DNA from: Anaerolineales bacterium
GTDB lineage: Bacteria; Chloroflexota; Anaerolineae; Anaerolineales; UBA4823
Length of the DNA: 64,000 nt
NCBI GenBank assembly: GCA_003105035.1
Contig: PQAL01000043.1
Span: 98,014 to 162,013 of the forward strand
Reading direction: 5' to 3'
This document shows positions 28,543 through 37,812 of the stretch, one piece after another. Each line of letters starts with the position of its first letter. The first letter of the stretch is position 1. The position numbers and the translations under genes are program-made. The notes under the pieces are model-generated. The model was not told the DNA's origin, searched no databases, and saw only the letters and a program-made list of their open reading frames with translations.

Positions 28543-30006
28543 TTACATGGCTAATGCCGCAGATGGCTTTGGCTCGCGCACAAATTTCAAGCTCACTGCG
28601 CTCAGGATAAATAAAACGGCATACCCGGCAAAAACCACAAAATATCCCATGCCCGGCGTGGTTAAGTTCAGGTAATCTGCTACAGGCCCGCCAATGCTCC
28701 CTCCGATAATGCCCGCCCCGGCTCCAGCCAGGTTGGAGATACCCAGGAACAATCCCGCTTTGGCTGCTGGCACCAGGTTGGTGCCCATCGCCCAATTGGC
28801 AGTCATGAACACCCCGGTTGCTACCCCCAGCACCGTCCCGGCAACGTAGATCACCCACTCGTTGGGGATCAGGATGGTACCCAGTAGCACGGTACATCCC
28901 ACCCCAGCCAGGATCCCGCTCCAGCTCACCAGCAGCCGCTTACTGAATCTGTCGGCCAGCCAGCCCCCGATGAAGGCAGCTGCCAGGGTTCCAATCCCCA
29001 CCACGGTGATCAGCTTCCCAAAAAGCCCGGCAGCCGTGCCCACATCGATCTTGAAGGTGTACATGAAAAAATATTGGGCAAAACGCTGCAGGGAGGTGAT
29101 GGCTGCCAGGAAGAACAGCCGGTTGACGATCCACCAGATGAAGGAAGCATGCTGGCGCGCTTCCTCCTTGCCGATGGCGGTTGTTGAGCCAGCCCACACG
29201 CCGATCACTACCGCCATCGCCATGGCCAGTGTGCCTCCCACTGCCACCGCCACGATCAGGCCGGTTTGTTTATTGGCCAATAACCAGGTCACCAGGCCAA
29301 GGATCCCGCCAATCAACGCCCCACCCAGCAGGCCGATGCACAGACCTGCGAGAATGCCCAACAGCATGAGGAACACCCGCATCATGGGCGGCCAGAATGA
29401 ATCCCCGGATTTTTCCTTCAGTGGCTCTTCCTTGACGGTTACCATCGTCACCACTGCCGCAAGCAATAGGAATGCTCCAGTAACGGCAATGGCCCAGCCT
29501 AATTCGCCTACGCTTACTAGCTTGGCGATGGTGATACCCACCAATGCGATTGGCACCAGCTCAAACAAAGCCTTGATTGCCGACGCCCGCCCGCGCTGGT
29601 CCTCTGGCACCAGGTCAGGGATCAACCCTTGTAATGGCCCATGGGAGATGTTAGCCGAAAACTGGATCAACAAAATCGCTACCAATAGAGACCAGTAATT
29701 CCAAGAAAGCCCAATGGCGACCAGGAATACCAGGTCAAGCAGCGTGCCTATCATGATGTACGGACGGCGCCGGCCAAAACGTGAGGTGGAGCGGTCACTG
29801 AACAACCCTGCTAACGGCTGGACAATCATGGCAATCACCAACCCCGCCGTGCTCATGGCACTTAACGCGCTGTTTTTCCAATCCGGCGGGGCATACAGGG
29901 CCACCAGGTAAGGCATGAAGAATGAGCCTACCGCCGTGTTGCGCACGTTCATTCCAAACCAAAACAGGTTGATGAAAATAAAGTCGTACCAGCGTAGTCG
30001 TTTCAT
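28543..30006 (-). CDS. MFS transporter
   Basis: 487 aa, about 12-14 TM. DRSTSRFGRRRP loop motif between TM2 and TM3. Confidence 0.85.
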   Translation of the reverse strand: MKRLRWYDFIFINLFWFGMNVRNTAVGSFFMPYLVALYAPPDWKNSALSAMSTAGLVIAMIVQPLAGLFSDRSTSRFGRRRPYIMIGTLLDLVFLVAIGLSWNYWSLLVAILLIQFSANISHGPLQGLIPDLVPEDQRGRASAIKALFELVPIALVGITIAKLVSVGELGWAIAVTGAFLLLAAVVTMVTVKEEPLKEKSGDSFWPPMMRVFLMLLGILAGLCIGLLGGALIGGILGLVTWLLANKQTGLIVAVAVGGTLAMAMAVVIGVWAGSTTAIGKEEARQHASFIWWIVNRLFFLAAITSLQRFAQYFFMYTFKIDVGTAAGLFGKLITVVGIGTLAAAFIGGWLADRFSKRLLVSWSGILAGVGCTVLLGTILIPNEWVIYVAGTVLGVATGVFMTANWAMGTNLVPAAKAGLFLGISNLAGAGAGIIGGSIGGPVADYLNLTTPGMGYFVVFAGYAVLFILSAVSLKFVREPKPSAALAM

Positions 30007-30136
30007 GGGTTAAAGTATAGCATGCCGGTGATGGACCGCCTTTCCTTCCATGCTTCAGCTAATTTGCACCTCCCTCAATTCGGTTTTCATTCTGGTCGGG
30101 CATTCCCATCTGGTTATCTGCAAGATTTATATGCAG

Positions 30137-30560
30137 AAATTTCCTGCACGATCTTTGCGCAGATTTAAACTCATCCCCCAAATTCGTGTTCATTTGGGGG
30201 AGGTGGGGTCACCTGCACGACTTGTGTGCGGATAGGGTGGTTGATAACCGCGAAAACCAACGCTTTCTCTGACCCTCTCCCCTGTTCTCAGTCTAGTAGG
30301 TTGGGGTGACCTGGTGTGTTCTTGACCGGTTGAGCGTTTTTTGCGAAACCCAACTCATTTCTAAATCCCGTTCTTGTGAAGTGTCTGCATGATTTCACTG
30401 TGGGATTTGGGGGAGTGTGAGGTTACCTGCACCCGCCTGCACATTTGTGTACGGGTTTTTTGTGCCGAAGGGTCGAATTCTCTCCTCCCCTAAATTTCAG
30501 TTTGTGAAATTTGGGGGAGGCTGGGTCATCTGCACGACTTGTGTGCGGAGGGGGTTCTTT
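30137..30560. repeat. cluster of intergenic hairpin repeats (G-run hairpin family B x3 plus one GGTTGGG...CCCAAC family A unit)
   Basis: CCCCCAAAT-N8-ATTTGGGGGAGGTGGGGTCACCTGCACGACTTGTGTGCGGA at 30175-30232. Related copies at 30405-30455 and 30483-30555. Family A unit GTAGGTTGGGGTGACC...TTGAGC...GCGAAACCCAAC at 30296-30359. Confidence 0.8.
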
Positions 30561-30602
30561 CTTCTGTTCAGCTATTCTCGAAATCTTTCCTACCCAACTC
30601 AA

Positions 30603-31595
30603 CTATTCCTTCAATATCTTCTCAATCTCCGCTAGTTCTTCCTTGCTGAACTCCAGCTTATTCAACGCTGCCACACCGTCTTCGATTTGTGCCACCCGAC
30701 TGGCCCCGATCAACGCCGAGGTGACTGCCGGCTTATGCAGCACCCAGGCGAGTGCCATCTGGGCCATGCTCTGGCCGCGCTGCCTGGCAATCTCAGCCAG
30801 CTTGCGCACCTTATCAATCTTGTCTGCGGTAACATTTTCTCGGCTCAGGTAAGTTCCCTTCTTCCCCGCCCGTGAATCATTCGGGACACCCTTTAAATAT
30901 CGATTGGTCAGGATACCTTGTGCGAGAGGTGAAAATACGATGCAGCCGATGCCTTGTTTGGTGAGCACATCCAGCAGCCCATCTTCGACCCACCTATCAA
31001 ATAGGCTGTAATTGGGCTGGTGGATCAGGCACGGGGTTCCCAGGTTGCACAGGATCTTGGCTGCCTGGTGGGTGAGCTCCGCCGGGTACATCGAGATCCC
31101 CACATACAATGCCTTGCCGCTGCGTACAATATAATCAAGCGCACCCATCGTTTCTTCCAGGGGCGTCTCAGGGTCGGGGCGGTGGTGGTAAAAGATATCC
31201 ACATACTCCAGCCCCATCCGTTTCAGGCTCTGGTCCAGGCTGGCTATCAGGTACTTGCGCGAGCCGTGATCGCCATAAGGTCCCGGCCACATGTCCCAGC
31301 CTGCCTTGGATGAAATCACCAGCTCATCCCGGTAAGGTTGGAAATCTCTCTTGAAGATTTGCCCGAACGTCTCTTCTGCCGACCCGTATGGCGGCCCATA
31401 ATTGTTGGCCAGGTCGAAATGGGTGATGCCCAGGTCGAAAGCTCTGTGGAGCATCGCCCGGCTGTTATCCAGCACATCTACTCCGCCGAAGTTGTGCCAT
31501 AACCCCAGCGAGATGGCTGGCAGCTTTAGCCCGCTGTTCCCACAGCGGTTATAGCGCATATTCTCATATCTACTGCTCAATGCAGAATAACCCAT
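30603..31595 (-). CDS. aldo/keto reductase (YghZ/Gpr-like, L-glyceraldehyde-3-phosphate reductase type)
   Basis: MRYNRCGNSGLKLPAISLGLWHNFG, HFDLANNYGPPYG, IHQPNYSLFDR. Confidence 0.88.
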   Translation of the reverse strand: MGYSALSSRYENMRYNRCGNSGLKLPAISLGLWHNFGGVDVLDNSRAMLHRAFDLGITHFDLANNYGPPYGSAEETFGQIFKRDFQPYRDELVISSKAGWDMWPGPYGDHGSRKYLIASLDQSLKRMGLEYVDIFYHHRPDPETPLEETMGALDYIVRSGKALYVGISMYPAELTHQAAKILCNLGTPCLIHQPNYSLFDRWVEDGLLDVLTKQGIGCIVFSPLAQGILTNRYLKGVPNDSRAGKKGTYLSRENVTADKIDKVRKLAEIARQRGQSMAQMALAWVLHKPAVTSALIGASRVAQIEDGVAALNKLEFSKEELAEIEKILKE

Positions 31596-31868
31596 TGATT
31601 CCTCCTGGTGTATCGATTACCCGACCCTCCAGATTATATCCGCAATTAATTCTCCCGATTCATGCATAATTCTCAAGGTGTACTTGGCCATCGGGGCAAT
31701 GCTCTAAGAAACATCTCAGTCGGTGGTGTAAATTCATCATGTTGGCATGAAGGTTATATTGTCTTTATCATTGTACAGGTGCCAATGTAAAGGGTACCAC
31801 CTCCGCGGCAATCAACATCTGTGGAAAATAAATCCGGTGCATCGATGCAATACTAATATCGTGTTTCG

Positions 31869-32240
31869 CTACTCCCATTCGGTACCATGTTTCTGGAGGA
31901 TTCCACCCACCAGTCGGATCACCGAAGCCTCATCAGGAAAAATTCCCTCGACATTGGTCCTTCTTTTCACCTCCATGTCCAGCCTTTTAAGGATGTTGTT
32001 GGAGTAGATCCGCTTCCAGTGCTCAATAGGAAAGCTCATATAAGATAAAATATCGCCTTTGGTCTCAAGCAAGATCCGGGATGCGCTCAACCAGCATGGC
32101 TGCATGGCGTCAACCGCTGCCCGAAGTTGCCTTCCGGCGGCTTCGTGGCAAGGTAGGCAGTTGTGTGTGAAAACCACACCTCGAAAGCAAAACTCCATCC
32201 CCTCCTTGATTTCAGGGGAGGGGATGGAATGAGGTAGCAT
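31869..32240 (-). pseudogene. remnant of an IS256-family (mutator-type) transposase, C-terminal part only
   Basis: FPIEHWKRIYSNNILKRLDMEVKRRTNVEGIFPDEASVIRLVGGIL matches the conserved IS256 transposase C-terminus. No N-terminal catalytic part and no terminal repeats were found. Confidence 0.6.
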
Positions 32241-32359
32241 TTCTTTTCCGATGAATTCAGTGTTTGTTATTCTTTCACTTCATCTAGCCCTCGGGTTCAA
32301 TTATTTCGAACAGGTACACTAAATAATCTGGTCCTGTGGTAATTTCCGGCGAAATAGGA

Positions 32360-32902
32360 TCAGTGGCTGATCGTGCCATCCATGGTCGCAGACCATGGCC
32401 AGGCTAATGTGAAATCCATGCAGTCGAAGGAACCCTCCGGGGTACATCCGGGGATAAACTGGGGGATGACCTCGTATGTAAGGACGATGGTTCCGGAAGC
32501 ATCCGCGAATGCGCCCGTGCCACCATTGAGGGTGATTGGGAAGTTATTGCTCTCGCTGGCTGGATCGTAGTCGTACGAACCATACAGCTCATTGCCGTTT
32601 GCCGCGATAAGCTTCAACCTACCATCGATTACGATATCGGGCTCAGCCGGGCAGTGGGTGAAGAACGCCTCGATCTGGCCCATATGGGTTCCCTCACCCG
32701 TTGCTTCAGTCAGCGTTGTGACCACCGTGCAGCCCGACGCTGTGCTTCCAGGAAACTCCCACCGCGCTGCCCCGGCCAGTGTTGCCTTGAACGGGCGGTC
32801 GGTGCCACCTATTGCTGCAGATGCAATGGCTACGGCGACCAGGCTGAGTAGCAAAACTACTGCTATTACGACGATTACTGAGACTAATCTTTTTCTTTTC
32901 AT
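32360..32902 (-). CDS. secreted/anchored hypothetical protein (180 aa)
   Basis: N-terminal hydrophobic signal/anchor. No recognisable motif. Confidence 0.55.
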   Translation of the reverse strand: MKRKRLVSVIVVIAVVLLLSLVAVAIASAAIGGTDRPFKATLAGAARWEFPGSTASGCTVVTTLTEATGEGTHMGQIEAFFTHCPAEPDIVIDGRLKLIAANGNELYGSYDYDPASESNNFPITLNGGTGAFADASGTIVLTYEVIPQFIPGCTPEGSFDCMDFTLAWPWSATMDGTISH

Positions 32903-33083
32903 TTTATCCTTCCTTTTCGAGTTTTTTTCGGATGATTGGTAAGGCGATTGCCTTTGTTGGTACTACTATAGCTCCCCAGAAGTTGCCTGCCTTGCCAGTT
33001 CTTGCCAAAATTCCCCAAAATCAGAATTTTATGCTATGCTATTTCTAGCGTATTACTCAGGCTTTCCCAGAAAGCAGGTGATT

Positions 33084-36000
33084 ATGCCCGCTTCTATTCC
33101 TCCCACCACATTAGAGAAATTCACTACATTCGGCGATTTATTGCGTTATCTCAGGCGCCGTGCCGGGCTCACCCAGCTGGAGCTGTCGTTCCATGTGGGT
33201 TACAGCGACACCCAGATCAGCCGCTTGGAGCAAAATCTGCGCCTGCCAGACCTGCCTACCATCGAGGATCGCTTTGTGGCAGCCCTCGGCATAAAAAATG
33301 AGCCCGAAGTCATTGCCCGCTTATTGGACCTGGCCGCCAATGTCAAGCGTGAGGACGCCCCGGTATTCGGTCTCTGTCCGTTTAAAGGCTTGAACTATTT
33401 TGAAGAGGCCGATGCGGATCTCTTTGTAGGCCGAGAAGCATTGACCGCCAAACTTGTAGATCGGGTACTCTCATTGTCCGATGGGCATCAAACAGCGAAC
33501 GCGAGATTCCTGGCCATCGTCGGCGCCTCGGGTAGTGGGAAATCTTCCCTGGTGAGAGCCGGTTTGGTGCCGGCTTTGCGCTGGGATAAGCGCTCTGCTA
33601 ATTGGCCAATACACATTTTGACTCCTACCGCCCATCCGCTCGAAAGCCTGGCAATGAGCCTGACCCAGGATGCTGATTCGGTCAATTCCACCATCGCCTT
33701 AATGGATGACCTTAAGCGTGAACCGCGTTCTCTGTCGGTTTATATCAGCCGCATGTTAAAAACGCTCGGCGCTCCATTCCTCTTTCTATGTATTGACCAG
33801 TTTGAAGAGCTGTTTGCCCTTTGCCGATCTGAGGAGGAACGCTCGACGTTCATCGATAATTTGCTTACCAGTGCAGCTCAGCAGGATGGACACGCCATTG
33901 TCGTCATTAGCCTGCGCGCCGATTTTTATGCCTCCTGTGCCGGCTATCCTCAACTACGCCAGGAGCTGGCTCGCAGCCAGGAATATATTGGGACCATGGC
34001 CGATGAAGAACTACGCCGTGTGATTGAAGAGCCTGCCCGCCGCGGGCGCTGGGAGGTGGAGCCAGGGCTGACCGATCTTATCCTTCACGACGTCGGCCAT
34101 GAGCCGGGAGCTTTACCGCTGCTTTCTCATGCGTTATACGAAACCTGGCAGCGTAGGCATGGGCGGACGATGACGTTCAGTGGTTATTCCTCAGCCGGTG
34201 GTGTGCGCGGCGCGATCGCAGAGACAGCTGAAGCGGTTTTTGTGGATCAATTTACGCATGAGCAGCAGGCAATCGCCCGGCGGATATTTCTGCGCCTGAC
34301 GGAGTTGGGTAGTGAAACGGCCGCCAGCGACACGCGCCGTGAGGTTAAATTTAGTGAGCTGATCCTGAAGCCTGAGGAAACCTCCGCAATCCAGGCAGTA
34401 TTGAAAGCCCTGGCAGATGCTCGCCTGATCACTACCAGCCAGGATTCCGCCCAGGTGGCCCACGAAGCCTTGATCCGCGAATGGCCCACCCTGCGTGGTT
34501 GGCTGGAGGAGAATCGTGACGGATTGCGCCTTCACCGGCATCTCACCGAGGCGTCGCAAGAATGGGTTGCTTCGAATCGCGAACCGGATCTGCTCTATCG
34601 CGGCGTCAGGCTGGCGCAAGTGCAGGAATGGGCAGCTTCCCACAAGGATGACATGAACATCCAGGAAGTTGAGTTCCTGGAGGCTTCTATCGCATTGAGC
34701 CAAAAAGAAGCAGCTGAACGTGAAGCTCAAAACCAGCGTGAGATGGAGGCGGCCCGCCAGTTAGCCAACTCCGAGCATCTGCGCGCTGAGTCGGAGAAGC
34801 ATAGGGCTGAAGATGAAAGTCGTGCTGCTAAACGACTTCGCCAGAGAGCGGTCTATCTAAGCATCGCCTTGATCGCAGCCTTCGCTTTGGTTTTGGTTTC
34901 AATCTTCTTTAGTCAACAGGCTTCACGAAACGCCTCTCAGGCCGGTGAGAACCTGAACATTGCCCAAGCAGCTAGCACCCATGCCATCGCCCAACAGGCG
35001 ATTGCCCAAAGTGCCAGCACACAGGCCATGAACGAGGTAAATGCGCGTGCTACCGCGCAGGCAATTGCTGTGAACGAATCGAATACCCGCGCCACTGCTG
35101 AAGTGCAGGCTAAGGCAGAATCAGCTATCAATCACAGCCTGGCGTTGGCTGAAGCTGCGCAACAGGCGAACCAGGATGGCCAGGGGGACCTGGCTATTGC
35201 CCTGGCTTTAGAAGCAGTCAAGGGGGAACAACCCCCCTTAGAAGCAGTGCAGGCACTCCGCCAGGTTGCATTAAGCCCGGGGATACGCCTGATGCTCGAC
35301 GGTCATCCAATGCAGGTAAAAACGGCAGCCATCGGTCCGAATGATCAATTGGCGTTTTCAGGCAGCTGCGCCCAAACTAACGATAAAGGGCTATGCGCGT
35401 CAGGTGATTTGATCCTTTGGAACCTGGAAACAGGCCAGGAACTCAAGCATTGGTCAGCGCATTCCGGTTGGGTGAATGCAGTGGCTATCAGCACCGATGG
35501 GAAAATGCTTATCTCTGGGGGGGAGGATGGCTCGCTGATCGTTTGGGATACAAGCACTGGCAATGAAATTCGCCAGCTGGTTGGACATTCTGGGGGCATC
35601 ACCAGCCTAGCAGTGGACTCAAATACTGGCAATCTTATCTCTGGTTCATCGGATGGCAACTTGATCCTTTGGGATTTACCAACGGGCGCTGTCTTGCAGC
35701 GTTTTGTCGGAAACAACAGCCCGGTCACTTCTGTCGCAATTTCTACTGACCAGCCGTTGATCGTTTCCGGTTATGCAGATGGGCTGGTAATTTTGTGGGA
35801 TTTAAATAATGCCGAAATGGTCAGGACTATCGAAAGCAATGGATTTCCAGTTGTGGCAGTAAAGATCAGTAATGATGGTAGCTGGCTCCTCTCCACCGCC
35901 GGTTTTGATCTGCGTATGATGGATGCCCAGACTGGGCTGGTGAAACAAACCCAGGCATGGGGCGGTCAGCCAGGGATATTAGCGCTCAGCCCTGACGAAA

Positions 36001-37232
36001 ACATGCTCTACATTGGTAGGACCATGCTTACTCAGTTTGACTTGAAGAGCTGGCGCGAGCATCAGGTGTTTTTTGGCAGCTCCGAATCAGTCACCGCCCT
36101 GGTCACCAGCCAAAATAAGCCTCTGGGTCTGGTGGGTTATTCAAACGGAACACTATGCCTGTGGGACCTGGTTGAACAGCTTGACTACCAGTCTTTCGAT
36201 ACCGGGATGCAGCCTGATTCCATTGCAACCAGTCCTGACGGAAAGTATTTACTAATTGGAAATATGTTTCCGGATGATCCCAATCTTGTCCTCTGGGATA
36301 TAGCCGAGAGTCGGGTTGTCCGGTCTTACCAGGGATTTGATGGTGTTACCTCACCAGGTGCTGTTGCCATCAGCCCGGATGGACAATTCGTGGCTGCGGG
36401 TGGTGGTTATCTGAATATGCCGGTTTACAACCTGATGGTGTGGGAGCTTGCCAGTGGGGAGGTTCAGTGCTCCCTGGATAGTAAAAATGCTATCCCGCGC
36501 AGTATTGCCATCAGTCCGGATAGCCGCTGGTTGCTTTCCGGTACGCAAGGAAATACCGACATTGGCGAAATCAATAAATTGGTACTGTGGGACATTCAGA
36601 CCTGCCAGTTCGTTCGCCAATTTAAAATGGACGAGATTGAAGATGTGACCGGAATTGCTTTTAGCAGTGATGGCAGATGGGCCATCACTGGGAGCGCATT
36701 CTCCAACCCAAACCGCATTATTCTCTGGGATGTGAGCACAGGTAAAGAAATCCGCCGCTTTGAATTGGCAGGGACTGGTTTCCGCCCCATTTTTGACGTT
36801 GCCTTTGGGCCAGGTGACCAGACGGTTTTAGGAGCGGATGTAGACTCCCTGTGCCTGTGGGACGTGGAAACCGGGGAAATCATCCGTCGCTATACCGGCC
36901 TTTCCTCGGTGACCTGGAGTTATAAAATCAGCTCTGATTGGAAATATATCCTCGCTGGATCCGACAACAATGAGGTGATTCTGTGGGACTTTAACACTGG
37001 CCAGGAGTTATACAGCCTTACCGCCCATAAACAGACGGTCTATAGCGTGGCCTTTAGCCCGGATAGCAAGACCGCCTTTTCTGTATCTAACGACGGGATG
37101 CTGGTCCAATGGAACATTTCCGAGAAATCGCTTCAAGAGTGGGTCGATTGGATCTATGCCAATCGCTACGTCCGTCCCCTGACCTGTGCTGAAAACATCC
37201 AGTACCGTATCGACAGCACCTGCCAACCCTAG
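33084..37232 (+). CDS. HTH(XRE)-STAND NTPase-TM-WD40 repeat protein (1382 aa)
   Basis: Start moved to ATG 33084 (AGGTG RBS). XRE-type HTH (LRRRAGLTQLELSFHVGYSDTQISRLE). FKGLNYFEEADADLFVGRE lead-in. Walker A GASGSGKSS (33522-33545), Walker B FLCIDQFEELF, TM helix at 34849-34911, an Ala/Gln/Thr-rich repeat segment, then about 15 WD40 repeats (LISGSSDGNLILWD etc.). Confidence 0.9.
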   Translation: MPASIPPTTLEKFTTFGDLLRYLRRRAGLTQLELSFHVGYSDTQISRLEQNLRLPDLPTIEDRFVAALGIKNEPEVIARLLDLAANVKREDAPVFGLCPFKGLNYFEEADADLFVGREALTAKLVDRVLSLSDGHQTANARFLAIVGASGSGKSSLVRAGLVPALRWDKRSANWPIHILTPTAHPLESLAMSLTQDADSVNSTIALMDDLKREPRSLSVYISRMLKTLGAPFLFLCIDQFEELFALCRSEEERSTFIDNLLTSAAQQDGHAIVVISLRADFYASCAGYPQLRQELARSQEYIGTMADEELRRVIEEPARRGRWEVEPGLTDLILHDVGHEPGALPLLSHALYETWQRRHGRTMTFSGYSSAGGVRGAIAETAEAVFVDQFTHEQQAIARRIFLRLTELGSETAASDTRREVKFSELILKPEETSAIQAVLKALADARLITTSQDSAQVAHEALIREWPTLRGWLEENRDGLRLHRHLTEASQEWVASNREPDLLYRGVRLAQVQEWAASHKDDMNIQEVEFLEASIALSQKEAAEREAQNQREMEAARQLANSEHLRAESEKHRAEDESRAAKRLRQRAVYLSIALIAAFALVLVSIFFSQQASRNASQAGENLNIAQAASTHAIAQQAIAQSASTQAMNEVNARATAQAIAVNESNTRATAEVQAKAESAINHSLALAEAAQQANQDGQGDLAIALALEAVKGEQPPLEAVQALRQVALSPGIRLMLDGHPMQVKTAAIGPNDQLAFSGSCAQTNDKGLCASGDLILWNLETGQELKHWSAHSGWVNAVAISTDGKMLISGGEDGSLIVWDTSTGNEIRQLVGHSGGITSLAVDSNTGNLISGSSDGNLILWDLPTGAVLQRFVGNNSPVTSVAISTDQPLIVSGYADGLVILWDLNNAEMVRTIESNGFPVVAVKISNDGSWLLSTAGFDLRMMDAQTGLVKQTQAWGGQPGILALSPDENMLYIGRTMLTQFDLKSWREHQVFFGSSESVTALVTSQNKPLGLVGYSNGTLCLWDLVEQLDYQSFDTGMQPDSIATSPDGKYLLIGNMFPDDPNLVLWDIAESRVVRSYQGFDGVTSPGAVAISPDGQFVAAGGGYLNMPVYNLMVWELASGEVQCSLDSKNAIPRSIAISPDSRWLLSGTQGNTDIGEINKLVLWDIQTCQFVRQFKMDEIEDVTGIAFSSDGRWAITGSAFSNPNRIILWDVSTGKEIRRFELAGTGFRPIFDVAFGPGDQTVLGADVDSLCLWDVETGEIIRRYTGLSSVTWSYKISSDWKYILAGSDNNEVILWDFNTGQELYSLTAHKQTVYSVAFSPDSKTAFSVSNDGMLVQWNISEKSLQEWVDWIYANRYVRPLTCAENIQYRIDSTCQP

Positions 37233-37246
37233 CTACTGCTTGCTTA

Positions 37247-37284
37247 CTGACCGCTGACATCTGATCGCTGATAGCTGATAGCTG
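37247..37284. repeat. heptamer array (CTGAnnG)n, left flank of the four-helix-bundle cassette
   Basis: CTGACCG CTGACAT CTGATCG CTGATAG CTGATAG CTG. Confidence 0.75.
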
Positions 37285-37285
37285 T

Positions 37286-37648
37286 TTATTGTGTATCCGC
37301 TTTGAGTCTTTTAACATACCCGGCGATCATGCGCCGGATTTCCCCAGGCTCATTACCGAGCTCATCATAAATTCTGTCATCAATATAGTGAAGGTCATGC
37401 GCCAGCAAGATCTGATATTCTAGCTCACTCGCAGACCCTGATGCAATGATGAAGAATTGGATCGTCTCAGCTTTACTGTCTCTGCCGCAACCTTCAGCAA
37501 TATTCGTCGGGATCGATGCTGCTGCTCTTCGCATCTGGCTGGTCAGGCTATAGATCTCTTCCTTCGGAAAGCTATTGGTGATCTCATATACCCATAGCGT
37601 CAGTTTATGAGCTCTTTCCCAGACTTTCAGCTTATGAAAATCTCTCAT
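37286..37648 (-). CDS. four-helix-bundle protein (23S rRNA IVS protein / Avd-like family)
   Basis: FHKLKVWERAHKLTLWVYEIT..FPKEEIYSLTSQMRRAAASIPTNIAEGCGR...FFIIASGSASELEYQILLA is the canonical family signature. Confidence 0.85.
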   Translation of the reverse strand: MRDFHKLKVWERAHKLTLWVYEITNSFPKEEIYSLTSQMRRAAASIPTNIAEGCGRDSKAETIQFFIIASGSASELEYQILLAHDLHYIDDRIYDELGNEPGEIRRMIAGYVKRLKADTQ

Positions 37649-37752
37649 GTATATATTCTACTTTCTATGCTTTTCATTGCCATTAAGATATACTAATCGT
37701 CTCACCCTCAAATTGTGCGTATTCAAACTATTAAAACTTTGCTTTGTCCGAC

Positions 37753-37806
37753 GGCTGACTGCTGCTCGCCGATTGCTGACTGCTGATTGCTCACCGCTCA
37801 TGGCTG
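37753..37806. repeat. heptamer array (CTGAnnG-like)n, right flank of the four-helix-bundle cassette
   Basis: GGCTGACTG CTGCTCG CCGATTG CTGACTG CTGATTG CTCACCG CTCATGG CTG, in the same phase and orientation as the left array. Confidence 0.7.
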
Positions 37807-37812
37807 TATTTA

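Noticed and set aside
28862-29698. 278-aa plus-strand ORF
   Set aside because: Antisense shadow of the MFS transporter gene, with a low-complexity Pro/Ala/Ser/Thr composition.
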